Shown here piece by piece: positions 19,133 through 28,804 of a DNA stretch of 52,615 nt. Position 1 is the stretch's first letter. Each line of letters starts with the position of its first letter. A program made the translations under genes and the position numbers. This DNA is from a virus (Duplodnaviria; Caudoviricetes): the IMG/VR virus record IMGVR_UViG_3300025115_000016, positions 1-52,615 of that record; one strand, written 5' to 3'. The notes under the pieces are model-generated. The model saw only the letters and a program-made list of their open reading frames with translations. It did no database searches and was not told the origin of the DNA.

Positions 19133-19833
19133 CGACTCAACACATCATCGACCTTGTACACATTCATCATCCCAACCTCGGCGTAAGCCTTCTCGTTTCT
19201 TTGATCAACGCTTCTCAGAGGCGCTTTGTAAAGGAGTCCTACTGCCTTCCGGTAACCCAGCAGCTTCTCATCGGAGCGGGCAACGTGATCTTAAGCGGTT
19301 CAACCAGACTAAACCTCATTGAACTGAACAACTCAGACAGCTCCTTTACTCTTGAAGCCTATAAGGACGATACAGCTGATACCATCACGATAATTCCTTC
19401 GACATTGGTACTGTTCTATACGGGATTCACTCAGAGGGCCGCTGACGGACACATTATCAACGTCATATCGGTAATGATCAATGAGGACGGTACGGTGTAC
19501 TTCTACGATCAGTACGGCAACGGCATCAGCGAATTTCCAAGCGACCTTGCCTACCTGGACGTACACTATGTGGCGGTTCCTACGACGTTGACCACTACGA
19601 CGTTGACAACTGCATTGGACATCGATCAAGACTATCGGGAAGCGATCGCCAACGAGATCATCGGGAACTACTATGTCGGTAAACAGGGAATGCCTGCGCT
19701 GGATCAACTGACGACTGCCAAGCACTTCAAGAACCTGTATCTCGAGCAACTCAACAAGGCGCGTTCATACTATCGCAAGAGTAAGAGTACGATCAGTGTG
19801 ACGGTGCCTGCATCAGAGGAATTCTCCTCGTGA
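19129..19833 (+). CDS. Putative tail adaptor / ring protein
   Basis: MTTQHIIDLV...LINASQRRF...HYVAVP...LDIDQDYREAI, typical of podovirus adaptors. Confidence 0.65.
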   Translation: MTTQHIIDLVHIHHPNLGVSLLVSLINASQRRFVKESYCLPVTQQLLIGAGNVILSGSTRLNLIELNNSDSSFTLEAYKDDTADTITIIPSTLVLFYTGFTQRAADGHIINVISVMINEDGTVYFYDQYGNGISEFPSDLAYLDVHYVAVPTTLTTTTLTTALDIDQDYREAIANEIIGNYYVGKQGMPALDQLTTAKHFKNLYLEQLNKARSYYRKSKSTISVTVPASEEFSS

Positions 19834-21011
19834 CGAGACTCGGAAGAACAATCGATGAACTCGACGAACTTTCTCTCGGAAGCATCTCCGATGCGTCGCT
19901 GCTTGCCATGCGCGACATGTCCTTGCCGAAGACTCACCCAAACGCCACAAAGTACTTCTCTGTCGCCGCACTCAAGTCCCTGATCGCTGCTATCGGGGAC
20001 TCCGCACTCCGCAAGGGGACGGTCTCGCTGACAGCGAACACTCCGACGTCGGTAGTCTTCTCTCAGCCGTTTACGAATCCATACTTCCTTGCCGTCAAAC
20101 GAGGTGAAGACTCCGCCGGCAGTCAGATAGGATGCGTTGTCAGCGAAGAAGGACAGGGCGGCTTCACGGTCACAGCAATGGAAGACTGCACGTTCTACTA
20201 CCTTGCCGTACAGAACATCGTGGGGATCGATCTTGAAGACATCATCTCTCCGGTTGACATTACCGACGTTCAGGACGACGACATACTTCGATATGATGCA
20301 TCGGAGGGAGTATGGAAGAATGTTCAACTTGAATCCGGCGACGCCAATGATCCTGGCGATATTTTTTTTATCAGAGATGACTTTGCTATTGGCAACGCAA
20401 CTTCCGGCAACGTCGGAGAACTCAGGTGGAGCTGGGCTACATCCATTGGCGGCAATGCGGTGCGACTCATTGATGAGATTGGTGCGATCGGACTATTTCA
20501 ACTGCAAACAGGGGCACAGCTCGCAAGCAATATAAGACTGTACTCTTTAGGCACAGGGCTTACGTTGAAATTTATACCTACTCAGCCGAATCAAACGCTG
20601 AAATGGAGAATTAAACTTGGACAGGCATCGGGAGCTCTGTTCAATGCGTACATCGGACTCGCTCAGGATTACGATACTCCCACGGGTGGAGGCAAAGACT
20701 TTGTTGGATTTCAATACTCTGCAAACAATGCAAATTGGCTATGTGTTTGTACGACGAGTTTCAGCGGTACAGAGCATACCAACAGCGGTGTTCCCGTTTC
20801 TACCGATTGGGTCACACTTGAGATCAGAACGAATTCGGATGCAACAGCGTACCAATTTTATATCAATGGCAATCTCGTTGTTACCCGCACAACCGATCTT
20901 CCATCTGCGACGTCCTGTTCTCCGCTTGTATGGCTTGGGAATACAGAGACAGCCGGAAAGACGCTCACGGTAGATTATTTCTACTATAAAATTACAGGGC
21001 TAACAAGATGA
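19830..21011 (+). CDS. Tail fibre with a C-terminal lectin-like beta-sandwich
   Basis: Fibre motif DITDVQDDDILRYDASEGVWKN; WVTLEI...FYING...LTVDYF. No signal peptide. Confidence 0.7.
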   Translation: MTRLGRTIDELDELSLGSISDASLLAMRDMSLPKTHPNATKYFSVAALKSLIAAIGDSALRKGTVSLTANTPTSVVFSQPFTNPYFLAVKRGEDSAGSQIGCVVSEEGQGGFTVTAMEDCTFYYLAVQNIVGIDLEDIISPVDITDVQDDDILRYDASEGVWKNVQLESGDANDPGDIFFIRDDFAIGNATSGNVGELRWSWATSIGGNAVRLIDEIGAIGLFQLQTGAQLASNIRLYSLGTGLTLKFIPTQPNQTLKWRIKLGQASGALFNAYIGLAQDYDTPTGGGKDFVGFQYSANNANWLCVCTTSFSGTEHTNSGVPVSTDWVTLEIRTNSDATAYQFYINGNLVVTRTTDLPSATSCSPLVWLGNTETAGKTLTVDYFYYKITGLTR

Positions 21012-24000
21012 AAAATAAATTAGCATTGATATTTATACTGCTTTGTTCGATTTCCTATTCGCAGACGACGATCAAGATCAAAGCTCTGTACACCGACACT
21101 CTTCGCTCGAATATGGATACGGTACGCGTACAGTCGTATACGAGGTTCTATCGTCCTGCGTTCTTCGACTCGACGGTCAGGTTTCTTCCTTCGGCTTTAT
21201 TCAGATCTTCTTCCGACACCCTGGCAACGAGAGCATACGCGCGTTCTATTTCCGGTTCCGGCAGTGGGAGCGACGCACTTTTAGACTCGCTCCAAAGGCA
21301 CACAGACACACTGCTTGCTCACAACATCAGGATCAACGCAAAGCAAGATGCAAGCCAGAACCTAACGGACATCTCTTCCGCATCTACCGGGGATGACTTT
21401 CTACTTCAGTATGTTTCCGGAGCGGGAGCATGGGTCGGAAGAACTCCCGCGCAAGTAGCGTCTACAATGGGATTGAACTCTGCTTCGTACGTTGACTCTC
21501 TTCGTCTGATGACGCTCGATAAGACAGAGACCGCAACCGGACTAAAGACATTCGTCGAAGGAATTCTTGTCGGGGTGGCTGCTAACGATCAGGGCTATGT
21601 ATCGTTCTCAAATCCTACGACGACGAACCGTGTGGTACTTCAGTCTGCCACTGCAACAGCAACGAGGACGCAGACTCTTCAGAACAAATCCGGGACAGTG
21701 ATGCTCACCTCAGACACAACGTCTCTTTCCAACAGGATCAACGCTGTTCCCGATTCTTCTTACTACGTCACCAAGGGCACAACACAGGTTCTTACCGCTA
21801 CGAAGTATTTTACAAGGGGCATAAATACTGATACAATACGTTCTACCAACCCATCAGTAGGAATAAAAATGGATGGTTACTTTGATACACAAGATGCACC
21901 TGTAAAATTTGGAAGAACGAGCGTATATGGTGGAAGTATTGAATTGATAAGTGGTAGTCTCACATCCAAATCTTCGGTGATTGATTTTCAGGGCGTTGGA
22001 AATCAAGCACATACATTTCCAGACGCAAGCGGAACGCTGGCGCTTGTTGCCGATTCTGCCATAGTAGCCGCAGGTTACGGTCTTGACCTATCTCAATCGT
22101 TGCACACGTTCACGTTGACCGTTGACACTACGAATGAGATAGCGACGCTGTATGATGTATCGCAGAAACTCAACTCTGCCGACACCACATCATTGTCTAA
22201 TCGCATAAACCTAAAACTCACAGCATCCGATACAGCGTATTTCGTTTCGGTGGCAAAGCAAAATGCAACAACGCGGTTTGACTCTGTTCAGATCGGATTG
22301 GCTACCGCATACGGTGGGGTTATCAGAATGACGGACGGTGCAAGCGGGGTGCTTCGGATTGTTTCACCGCTAATATATTCTGGCGATTACATTGATACCC
22401 TTCCCAATGCAAGCGGAACATTTATGCTTCGGGGTGATACTTTGTCCTTGTCAAACAGGATCAACACGAAACTTAATGCATCCGATACAGCGTATTTCGT
22501 ATCAGTGGCAAAACAAAACGCCTCGACACGGTTTGACTCTGTTAGAGTCGGTAAAGAGCAAGAGGTTGAGGGTTCTATTCTTTTTAGCGACGGCGGTAAC
22601 GATTGGGGTAAATTGTATATTGGGAATTTATCTTCAGATAAAACATGGAGATTGCCCGATTCAACGGGAACGGTTGCGTTACTATCAAATCTACAACCGA
22701 TACCAAATCCCCTGTATCTTGGAAACGGCTCAGAGGCAGGTGAAATTATATTAAATTCTGGAACTGGTGAAGCACCGCAATCTTATACTCGCATAAGTTC
22801 TACACATAATACGGGCGATACAATCTTTATATCGTTCCCAATAGAATCAGGCGATCTGATGTTGCGGAGCGATACAACTTCATTAAATGACAGGATAAAC
22901 TTAAAACTTAACTCTTCTGACACAACTTATTTTGTCTCAAGAGGAAAGCAGAACAACAATACTTCCTTTGACACTGTTCTTGTTGGTATTTCATCTGCAC
23001 AAACAGGCGGTGTGAAATTCTCCGACGGTGCATCTGGCTATGGTATTTTAACAAACAAGAACGGTGCTAACGGGAAGGTGTGGACGTTACCCGACAGCAG
23101 CGGAACTCTTGCACTCAAAGAATATACGCTTAATCCGACACAGGTCGGAACTGCCTCTTACATGGATTCCAACCGTGTAGTAACAAACGATGAACAGAAC
23201 ACAAGAACACGCTTCGACTCGATACAGGTCGGACTTGCAACGGCACATCGTGGCTCTGTTGTGTTTACCGATGGTGCAAGTGGTAGTGGAAGGGTTGTTG
23301 CGCCGCTTATTTGGACTGCCTATCACACACAGACACTTCAAGATAAGTCTGGAAATATAATGCTGACTTCCGATACCGTATCTTTATCAAATCGCATTGA
23401 TACAAAATTTGCGAAATCAGATACGACATATCTTCACGCCTTAAAATTTGCAAACATTACTGATTCATTGTTGGCACATAGAAATTATATGGGGGCAAAC
23501 AGAGACTCGATTAAAAGGCACACGGATAGTTTGCTGTCTCACAACACAAGAATTAACGCAAAACAAAATACGATCCCGAACCTTGCGGATACGTCAAAAT
23601 ATATCGAATATGCCGACACAACGCTGTCGATCGCTATGCAATGGGAACTCAATAGAAAGTTGTGGATTACTGATACAACAGGTAAGTGGGCACCGAAAGG
23701 GATTTATATATTTCCTTCCGATACCGTATCTTTGTCTAATCGCATAAACCTGAAACTTAACGCAAGCGATACAGCGTCTCTTTCCAATAGAATAAATCTG
23801 AAACTTAACGCAAGCGATACAGCGTCTCTTTCCAATAGAATAAATCTGAAACTCAACGCATCTGACACAACTTATTTTGTCTCAAGAGGAAAGCAGAACA
23901 ACAGAACACGCTTCGACTCGATACAGGTCGGACTTGAAACGGCACATCGTGGCTCTGTTGTGTTTACCGACGGTGCAAGTGGTAGTGGAAGAGTTGTTGC

Positions 24001-27000
24001 ACCGATTACTTGGAGTGCCTATCACACACAGACGCTTCAAGATAAGTCTGGAAATATAATGCTGACTTCCGATACCGTATCTTTGTCTAATCGCATAAAT
24101 CTGAAACTCAACGCAAGCGATACAGCGTCTCTTTCCAATAGAATAAATCTGAAACTTAACGCAAGCGATACCAACAGAATTGTAACCATTGACAAAGACC
24201 AATTAAGCATATCTGGCAAAAAGGGATTCTCCGACTCAATTTATGTCGGAACAGAACAGATTAGTGCTGGTGTGGTATATTTCTCTGATGGCGGGCAAAA
24301 TTGGGGTAGGCTGACACCTGGAAATCTAACCGCAGACAGAACGTGGAAACTTCCCAATGGCGATGGAACTCTTGCATTTACCGCCGATACTTCTTTGATG
24401 CTTCAAAACCCGTTGTATCTTGGTAATGGCGGTGAAGCAGGTGAAATTATTTTGAACAGTGGAACAGGAGAACCGCAACAGTCGTGGACAAGAATAACAC
24501 CGACCAATGGTGGTGCAAACGATACCGCATATATTCTTTTGCCGTCAAGCGATGGAACTCTTGCGCTTGTCGCCGACTCTGCCGAAGTAGCGGCAGGTTA
24601 CGGTATCTCTGTAAGCCAATCCAATCATACGGCTACGGTGTCGGCGGATTCATCTGTTCTCGTCACCAAAGGCACGACACAGGTTATTACCGCTCCGAAG
24701 CACTATACTCAACCGCAGTTTATCACAACATCATCAGACTCGGCTTTAATCTTATCGCACACAGGAACTACGTCGGCAGGACCGATAATCCCGCTGAGGA
24801 TTGCGATAGCAGGCTCACAGACGGCTTACCCTGAAATCAAGGCAATCAACTACACGCCTACGGGGAATTGGGGGAATATTGGTAATCACTACGGCATCTA
24901 CTCTGACTTGTCTGGTGTTAGTTACGATGATTTATTGGGTGATGAAGGCGCAATTTACGGTAACTCACCGAGTGGTATCGGTGTTCAAGGCGTTTCAACA
25001 AACAATTACGGTGTTTACGGTTCTTCGGTAGGCAGTATCGGTGTTGCTGGTCTTTCAACAAACAGTTATGGTGTTGTTGGTAACTCAGGAAATAACTACG
25101 ACGGCTACTTTATAGATTCAGTCTACGTCGGAAAGAGAATAACCGTTCCAACTGGTTTTGTGGAAGCGGACTCGTTCAGAAGCAATTATGTAACTCGTCT
25201 GACCTCCGGCTCTTGGCACGCTGGACTCGGTGCATCGTCTTTAGGAAACATATCTACTGGTTCAATTACCGGAACGGGTGCAACGGCTGGCGAAGTATTG
25301 TATGAATTTAATAACTCACAGGCAAGGGCGGCAAACAATCGCTCGGCTATTGCATTAAGGTTATCGAACAATTCAAATTCTCGTTTTAGGATTCGGCACG
25401 TTCAGGCATCTGCGACAGACGACGATTCTTACCTTGATTTTCAACAGCCGAACGGTTCAACGATTGCCGTTTTGACAAGGGCGGGGGTATTTACACTCGG
25501 CTCTGTTTCGGGGACTGGCTCAACGGCGTTCAATGCAGGTGCTATCTCTGGCACTACGGGGACGTTTAGTCAGACAAGCGATGGTTTAGAAATAACCCCA
25601 CTAACATTACAAAATAATGCTAATTCCTATGCAACGGCAAGCAGGATAATCATAGCATCTACGAATAACATTGGTGCAAATCAAAATGGGCGGATTGACC
25701 TATTATCGTTTCGCCATACTTCGGGTGCGATGAGTCTTAACTTTTTGTTATCGCCAGGTTCTTCTGTTGCCCCAACATCAAGACTATACATTGACAGTCT
25801 TGGAAATGTGGGAATTGGAACGACAACGCCAAATTCAAAATTACAGGTCAACGGCACACTCTCCGCCACTACGGGGACGTTTACAGGAAATATGCTGTTT
25901 AACAAATCGTCTGGCGATTTAACAACAACGCTTCGAGTGCCAAACCTAACAGATGATAATTACATTGTATTTCAAAAGGCGGGATTATCAAAGTGGGCAT
26001 TGTGGCATCGTGCAAATCAGTTTAGAATTTGGAACTACTCAACAGGAACTACGGCATTAGCAATAGATTCAACTGATAACAGTGTAACGCTGACAGGCGG
26101 ACTCTCCGCCACTACGGGGACGTTCAGCGGTGCTGTATCTATTACTCCATCACCAACAACAAATCCGCACCTAATTGTTCGCTCAAATGTAACTGGTTCG
26201 GGGGCAAACATACAATTAAACAACGCCGAAAACGGGAAATACTATGAGTTTCGTGTTGGCGGTTCATTATCTTCTCTGGGTAATGGGATCTTGGGCGTCA
26301 CAACGCTTGGTGCTGCTGCAACCGTTGTAAAGTGGGACACGTTGGGCAATCAAACTTTAACAGGCGGACTCTCTGGCACTACGGGGACGTTTAGTTCTAC
26401 TGTCCGTGTATCAACCGATGGACAGGGATTTTTGGCATCCGCGTCGTTGACCTCTATGCCCTCTGGAATCAGCAACATTTTCAACAACTTTAACAATAAT
26501 AAGGGGCTGGTGTTACGCAGAACTGGTGCTGGAACGGGTGACTTTATTGATATGCAGAATAGTTCGTCTCTTACCGTTGCTTCTATAAATTCAAGTGGTG
26601 ATTATACGGGCGGTTCTGGTTCGTTCACTACGGGGACGTTCAGCGGTAAAACTCAATCTGGCGGTCTTACTTCCGTCGGTGCTTTCGGTATGGCGAACAT
26701 CGTTGACACAGTTACCTACGCAGGCGTTAACAGCAGTATAGCCGCTAAAAATCTCACATCAACCGCTGGTATGTATCGGCTGACCTACACAATGGCGACA
26801 ACTACGGCGGGGACGGGTGGGACGGTTACGGTTACTCTATCGCACAACAACGGAGCGGCGCAAACATTAACATCGGTTATACAACTTAATTCAACGTCGG
26901 CTGCGTCTGGCGGCGTATCATCGGGACAGTTTGTTTATTACGTCGCAAGCGGGACTCCGACAATATCTACAACTGTCGCGGGTGCATCCGGTTCACCCGT

Positions 27001-27037
27001 TTATCGTCTGGACGCAATATCGGAGAGAATAAAATGA
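21008..27037 (+). CDS. Giant modular fibre/adhesin-like protein with a signal peptide (2009 aa)
   Basis: MKNKLALIFILLCSISYS|Q; DTxSLSNRINLKLNAS repeats; GVxGxS repeats; GNVGIGTTTPNSKLQVNG; TTGTF-delimited modules. Confidence 0.85.
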   Translation: MKNKLALIFILLCSISYSQTTIKIKALYTDTLRSNMDTVRVQSYTRFYRPAFFDSTVRFLPSALFRSSSDTLATRAYARSISGSGSGSDALLDSLQRHTDTLLAHNIRINAKQDASQNLTDISSASTGDDFLLQYVSGAGAWVGRTPAQVASTMGLNSASYVDSLRLMTLDKTETATGLKTFVEGILVGVAANDQGYVSFSNPTTTNRVVLQSATATATRTQTLQNKSGTVMLTSDTTSLSNRINAVPDSSYYVTKGTTQVLTATKYFTRGINTDTIRSTNPSVGIKMDGYFDTQDAPVKFGRTSVYGGSIELISGSLTSKSSVIDFQGVGNQAHTFPDASGTLALVADSAIVAAGYGLDLSQSLHTFTLTVDTTNEIATLYDVSQKLNSADTTSLSNRINLKLTASDTAYFVSVAKQNATTRFDSVQIGLATAYGGVIRMTDGASGVLRIVSPLIYSGDYIDTLPNASGTFMLRGDTLSLSNRINTKLNASDTAYFVSVAKQNASTRFDSVRVGKEQEVEGSILFSDGGNDWGKLYIGNLSSDKTWRLPDSTGTVALLSNLQPIPNPLYLGNGSEAGEIILNSGTGEAPQSYTRISSTHNTGDTIFISFPIESGDLMLRSDTTSLNDRINLKLNSSDTTYFVSRGKQNNNTSFDTVLVGISSAQTGGVKFSDGASGYGILTNKNGANGKVWTLPDSSGTLALKEYTLNPTQVGTASYMDSNRVVTNDEQNTRTRFDSIQVGLATAHRGSVVFTDGASGSGRVVAPLIWTAYHTQTLQDKSGNIMLTSDTVSLSNRIDTKFAKSDTTYLHALKFANITDSLLAHRNYMGANRDSIKRHTDSLLSHNTRINAKQNTIPNLADTSKYIEYADTTLSIAMQWELNRKLWITDTTGKWAPKGIYIFPSDTVSLSNRINLKLNASDTASLSNRINLKLNASDTASLSNRINLKLNASDTTYFVSRGKQNNRTRFDSIQVGLETAHRGSVVFTDGASGSGRVVAPITWSAYHTQTLQDKSGNIMLTSDTVSLSNRINLKLNASDTASLSNRINLKLNASDTNRIVTIDKDQLSISGKKGFSDSIYVGTEQISAGVVYFSDGGQNWGRLTPGNLTADRTWKLPNGDGTLAFTADTSLMLQNPLYLGNGGEAGEIILNSGTGEPQQSWTRITPTNGGANDTAYILLPSSDGTLALVADSAEVAAGYGISVSQSNHTATVSADSSVLVTKGTTQVITAPKHYTQPQFITTSSDSALILSHTGTTSAGPIIPLRIAIAGSQTAYPEIKAINYTPTGNWGNIGNHYGIYSDLSGVSYDDLLGDEGAIYGNSPSGIGVQGVSTNNYGVYGSSVGSIGVAGLSTNSYGVVGNSGNNYDGYFIDSVYVGKRITVPTGFVEADSFRSNYVTRLTSGSWHAGLGASSLGNISTGSITGTGATAGEVLYEFNNSQARAANNRSAIALRLSNNSNSRFRIRHVQASATDDDSYLDFQQPNGSTIAVLTRAGVFTLGSVSGTGSTAFNAGAISGTTGTFSQTSDGLEITPLTLQNNANSYATASRIIIASTNNIGANQNGRIDLLSFRHTSGAMSLNFLLSPGSSVAPTSRLYIDSLGNVGIGTTTPNSKLQVNGTLSATTGTFTGNMLFNKSSGDLTTTLRVPNLTDDNYIVFQKAGLSKWALWHRANQFRIWNYSTGTTALAIDSTDNSVTLTGGLSATTGTFSGAVSITPSPTTNPHLIVRSNVTGSGANIQLNNAENGKYYEFRVGGSLSSLGNGILGVTTLGAAATVVKWDTLGNQTLTGGLSGTTGTFSSTVRVSTDGQGFLASASLTSMPSGISNIFNNFNNNKGLVLRRTGAGTGDFIDMQNSSSLTVASINSSGDYTGGSGSFTTGTFSGKTQSGGLTSVGAFGMANIVDTVTYAGVNSSIAAKNLTSTAGMYRLTYTMATTTAGTGGTVTVTLSHNNGAAQTLTSVIQLNSTSAASGGVSSGQFVYYVASGTPTISTTVAGASGSPVYRLDAISERIK
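23204..24166 (+). repeat. Internal duplications in the fibre gene
   Basis: About 180 bp near-identical at 23204-23384 and 23903-24083; 48-bp tandem units at 23720-23863 (x3) and 24071-24166 (x2). Confidence 0.9.
25552..26640 (+). repeat. Five identical 15-bp repeats CACTACGGGGACGTT separating unique modules
   Basis: Copies at 25552, 25867, 26110, 26377 and 26626. Confidence 0.9.
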
Positions 27038-28056
27038 AAAACATAATTTTACTTTTACTATTTGTTACTGTCGCATATTCTCAGCCATTCTCCCCACGTT
27101 TGAAAGGTTCAAACGGCATTGACTATAAACTCGTCAATCAGACAGCCGTAGGCGACAGTATCATGATAACAGCCGCAGATACCAACAGAATTGTAATGGT
27201 TGATAAAGATCAATACATCGGGGGATTCAAGACATTCTACGATTCCATTGAAGTGGGTGAGCCGCTTAATGTTGTTGGTGTTGTCCGTTTTTCTGACGGT
27301 GATCAGGGAACGGGAAGACTTCTTGGTGCATTGGGTGGAAGCTATAATTGGCGACTTCCCGTCGGTGATGGCACGCTTGCGAGAACATCTGATATTCCAG
27401 TGGTTATTACAGACACCAATCGAATTGTTGATACAGATCAAGCACAGACTATAACTGGTGCAAAGACGTTTAACGCTCGTCCATATCTTTTTGACGGCCT
27501 GAAATTCTACGGCGACTTGAATGACGGTTCATTGGTTTCTCCATCGCTAACCGATATTAGAACTTGGACGCTTCCCAACACAACGGGAACTATTGCTTTG
27601 ACGGACGGAAATCAGAACTTCAACGATGTTGCAAATATCACGGCAGACTCAATAAAAGTATCTGGCGGTATAAACGCAGATAAAATGTCCGACTTTGACT
27701 CCATTCAGGTTGGAATAGCGACGGCGGAGGTTGGTGTTATTCGTCTGTCTGACGGTGCGAGTGGTTATGCAAGAATTTACAATAGTGCAAACTCGGCACA
27801 TATATCCCTTCCATCCGAGAGCGGTGAAATGCTTGTTTCTTCAAGGTCTGGCATAGCAACCGTTGGTGGTGGTGATAGTGTTCAGGTTTCATACACGGGG
27901 TTCACCACTGATGGTATAGTTATGTTGACATACGAGGGTGGTAATATTGCATATACAAAGATTCCCGTCGTTGGATATAAAAGGACTGATGGATTCACAA
28001 TTTACGCAGACGCTTCTTTCAATGTTGCTTGGTTCGTGGTAAAAAAGGGGGATTAA
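27034..28056 (+). CDS. Second signal-peptide-bearing fibre-like protein
   Basis: MKNIILLLLFVTVAYS|Q; shares DTNRIV, FDSIQVG and SDGASG modules with the 2009-aa protein. Confidence 0.8.
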   Translation: MKNIILLLLFVTVAYSQPFSPRLKGSNGIDYKLVNQTAVGDSIMITAADTNRIVMVDKDQYIGGFKTFYDSIEVGEPLNVVGVVRFSDGDQGTGRLLGALGGSYNWRLPVGDGTLARTSDIPVVITDTNRIVDTDQAQTITGAKTFNARPYLFDGLKFYGDLNDGSLVSPSLTDIRTWTLPNTTGTIALTDGNQNFNDVANITADSIKVSGGINADKMSDFDSIQVGIATAEVGVIRLSDGASGYARIYNSANSAHISLPSESGEMLVSSRSGIATVGGGDSVQVSYTGFTTDGIVMLTYEGGNIAYTKIPVVGYKRTDGFTIYADASFNVAWFVVKKGD

Positions 28057-28297
28057 GTGAGTGAGAAGGAGAATTGATTGATATATGGTTTGAGATTGAA
28101 ATATATGTTTGGGATAGTGGATAAAATAATTGGTATTGAGAAAGATATGATGTATTGGAAATGATTTATGTATGGAAAATATTTTGAGTAGATAATGAGT
28201 TGATTTGAGTATATTTGTGGGAGTATTTATATGTGATTGTTCGTTGGAAAATATGTGTGGAAATATGTGAGGATAGAATGAATTGAAAAGAAATATA
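28036..28297 (+). other. C-depleted non-coding tract
   Basis: No C in 28036-28241 and one C (28242) in 262 nt. Confidence 0.9.
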
Positions 28298-28359
28298 CTG
28301 ATGATATACCTATTCTGGCTAATGTGAGGGAGCAAATAAGGGAGTAAATGAGGGAGTAA

Positions 28360-28782
28360 ATGATTTACCTATTTTGGTTCATACATCTTGTCTGCGGTGC
28401 GTTGACTGACGCTCGTATGTGGGGCAAGAAAGAGGACGATCCTGAATGGGTTGCGGAATACACGGATGCCTTTTGGCTTGGATATTTCACATTAAGCCCG
28501 TTCTTGATTGCGTGGCTTGTGTCAATGGGTGTTCCGATACTCTCGTGGGAATCGCTGGCAATCGGTTTCGGTATGTCGGTGTTTTGGGACTTGACGTTCA
28601 CGAAGATTGAACAGGGCAAATGGGTTGCACCGATACCGTTGTGGCTCATCATACCCAATCCCTTCTCAAAAGCGGACACTTGGTATGGACGCAGGATTGT
28701 AATAGGTTTCAACACGGTCAACGGTATGATTGACTTCAACTTGTTCAGGATATTGATTTTATTACTAACACTTATCTTTTAA
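28360..28782 (+). CDS. Multi-pass membrane protein
   Basis: Three to four hydrophobic segments; GGGAG RBS. Confidence 0.7.
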   Translation: MIYLFWFIHLVCGALTDARMWGKKEDDPEWVAEYTDAFWLGYFTLSPFLIAWLVSMGVPILSWESLAIGFGMSVFWDLTFTKIEQGKWVAPIPLWLIIPNPFSKADTWYGRRIVIGFNTVNGMIDFNLFRILILLLTLIF

Positions 28783-28804
28783 CGCAATGCAACAGGGGAA
28801 GAAA

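Noticed and set aside
23204-24083. Diversity-generating retroelement TR/VR pair
   Set aside because: Both copies are inside one CDS, the differences include non-adenine changes (e.g. T/C), and no reverse transcriptase was recognised.
25552-26640. CRISPR array or shufflon interpretation of the 15-bp repeats
   Set aside because: Repeats are too short and spacers too long for CRISPR, all are in frame within a CDS, and there are no cas genes. All copies are direct, with no invertase, so it is not a shufflon.
27889-28335. 148-aa minus-strand ORF over the C-free tract
   Set aside because: A G-less strand cannot form TGA or TAG, so it stays open by composition. The product is His/Ile/Phe low-complexity and antisense to the operon.
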